Below, in pieces: positions 62,961-64,000 of a stretch of 64,000 bases of DNA. The DNA is taken from NCBI GenBank assembly GCA_040285825.1, contig JAUPSS010000015.1, positions 1 to 64,000 on the forward strand, given 5' to 3'. A program made the translations under genes and the position numbers. The notes below the pieces were generated by a model that made no database searches, was not told the origin of the DNA, and worked only from the letters and a program-made list of their open reading frames with translations. Numbering within the stretch: the stretch's first letter is position 1; every line of letters begins with the position of its first letter. The stretch is from Eukaryota sp. TZLM1-RC. Lineage: Eukaryota; Protista; Metamonada: BaSk clade.

Positions 62961-64000
62961 TTTTTTTTAATTTAATTTTAATTTATTTTCAAAACCACAG
63001 TCTAAAAGTCAATATCTTCAACACAAGCTTCCACACCATCAAACCTTACAGCAGCAATGTTTTCATAATGTGCACTGACAGACATTAAAGCTTTCGAAAT
63101 CATTTTAGGAATTGATTTGAAAATAGTAAAAACAATACGATTTAGCCACAAGCGACGATCAAAACGCTTATTCATTCTTTTTTTCACAAGATTTTCAAAA
63201 TCATCAATAAAATTCAAAGCAGTTTTTCCAAGACGACCATACAACGATATAGCAAATGGGCAAATTTGGTAATCTACATGGCGAACATGTTTCAATTCTT
63301 TCAAAGGATTTGCATACTTTTTCCGTTTGTGCAATTCGGAGTCATCAAGGGGGGATACTTCGGATTGAGCATTTTTCAAGGCATTTTTCTTGCAAACATC
63401 CACTGTTACGACATCAACAACATTCATGACATCATCAAACGAGGGCACAACAACATCAGCACGTCGTTTTCCATATTCTGAATCTCTTACGCTTTCATTT
63501 ATATCAAGAGACCTCAACAAAGGTTCTACAAAAGATTCAATATGATAGGAATTACACATTGCATGGATTTGATCTCTGACTGCATCATGCAACGTAGAAC
63601 GATAGGAAATATATCTATTACAATTAAATAAATGTGATAATGTCAAACCAGCTCCACATTTACAAAACAAATCATTGGGCAAATTACAAGGCCATAAATA
63701 ACAACGCATTCTCATAGCAGTGGTCCATTGGTCGTCATTCAAAAATAGACCATAAATCTGGGGAATTTGATTTATCAAAACTGCAGATGAACTGTCCTTC
63801 AAATCAATCAAAAAATTGGCAAAAGCAGGATTTTCTTTCTTAGCCGTGCTAAGTCGAACAATAAAATCCTTGTTTTCAAAATTTTTCAAAAGATGTCGTT
63901 GGAGCTTTTTCAACGCAAATTTTAATGAATATAAACTTCTGTCTGGAATTTCTTGAATGGATATGGGGAAACATGATTGCCATAAGTCGGGAGATAAACT
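62961..64000 (-). mobile_element. Family B2 variant, 3' part, runs off the window
   Basis: Poly(T) at 62961; open ORF 63002-63913 ending EACVEDIDF; same 3' UTR type as at 50183. Confidence 0.9.

Noticed and set aside
1-64000. Telomere-elongating retrotransposon array (HeT-A/TART or Giardia-like), or telomere-repeat targeting as in MoTeR
   Set aside because: Orientations are mixed, insertions are internal with TSDs, and no telomeric repeat appears at any junction; a subtelomeric location is not excluded
1-64000. Bacterial RT system (group II intron, retron, DGR, CRISPR-RT)
   Set aside because: Poly(A) tails, AATAAA, 5' truncation, TSDs and the CCHC-RLE C-terminus indicate eukaryotic non-LTR elements; there is no repeat-spacer array

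Overview
AT-rich, apparently eukaryotic DNA made entirely of retroelements; I see no host gene, RNA gene or telomeric repeat. About 95% is a nested pile of related RLE-type (CRE-like) non-LTR retrotransposons from at least seven families, labelled A-G here by their C-termini and 3' UTRs. Their shared motifs are RPIAxGE, GVKQGDPLGP, YMDD, C-x-C-x7/9-H-x3-C, HDAVRD and R(G/A)D..D..K..KY. From about 6.4 to 53 kb the backbone is a tandem array of a ~1.35 kb unit (3' part of family B plus ~142 bp of family A). Other copies have inserted into it and into each other, with 8-15 bp target-site duplications (TSDs) that share no sequence consensus. At 58.6-61.5 kb there is a tandem of a tiny gag-only LTR element with shared ~140 bp LTRs. 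A 52 nt GT..CTAAC..AG intron-like segment covers its LTR end and candidate primer-binding site, and it is precisely absent from one unit. Most frameshifts fall in homopolymers and the first ~7 kb is very noisy, so many broken ORFs are probably long-read errors. All coordinates were read by eye and may be off by a few bases.
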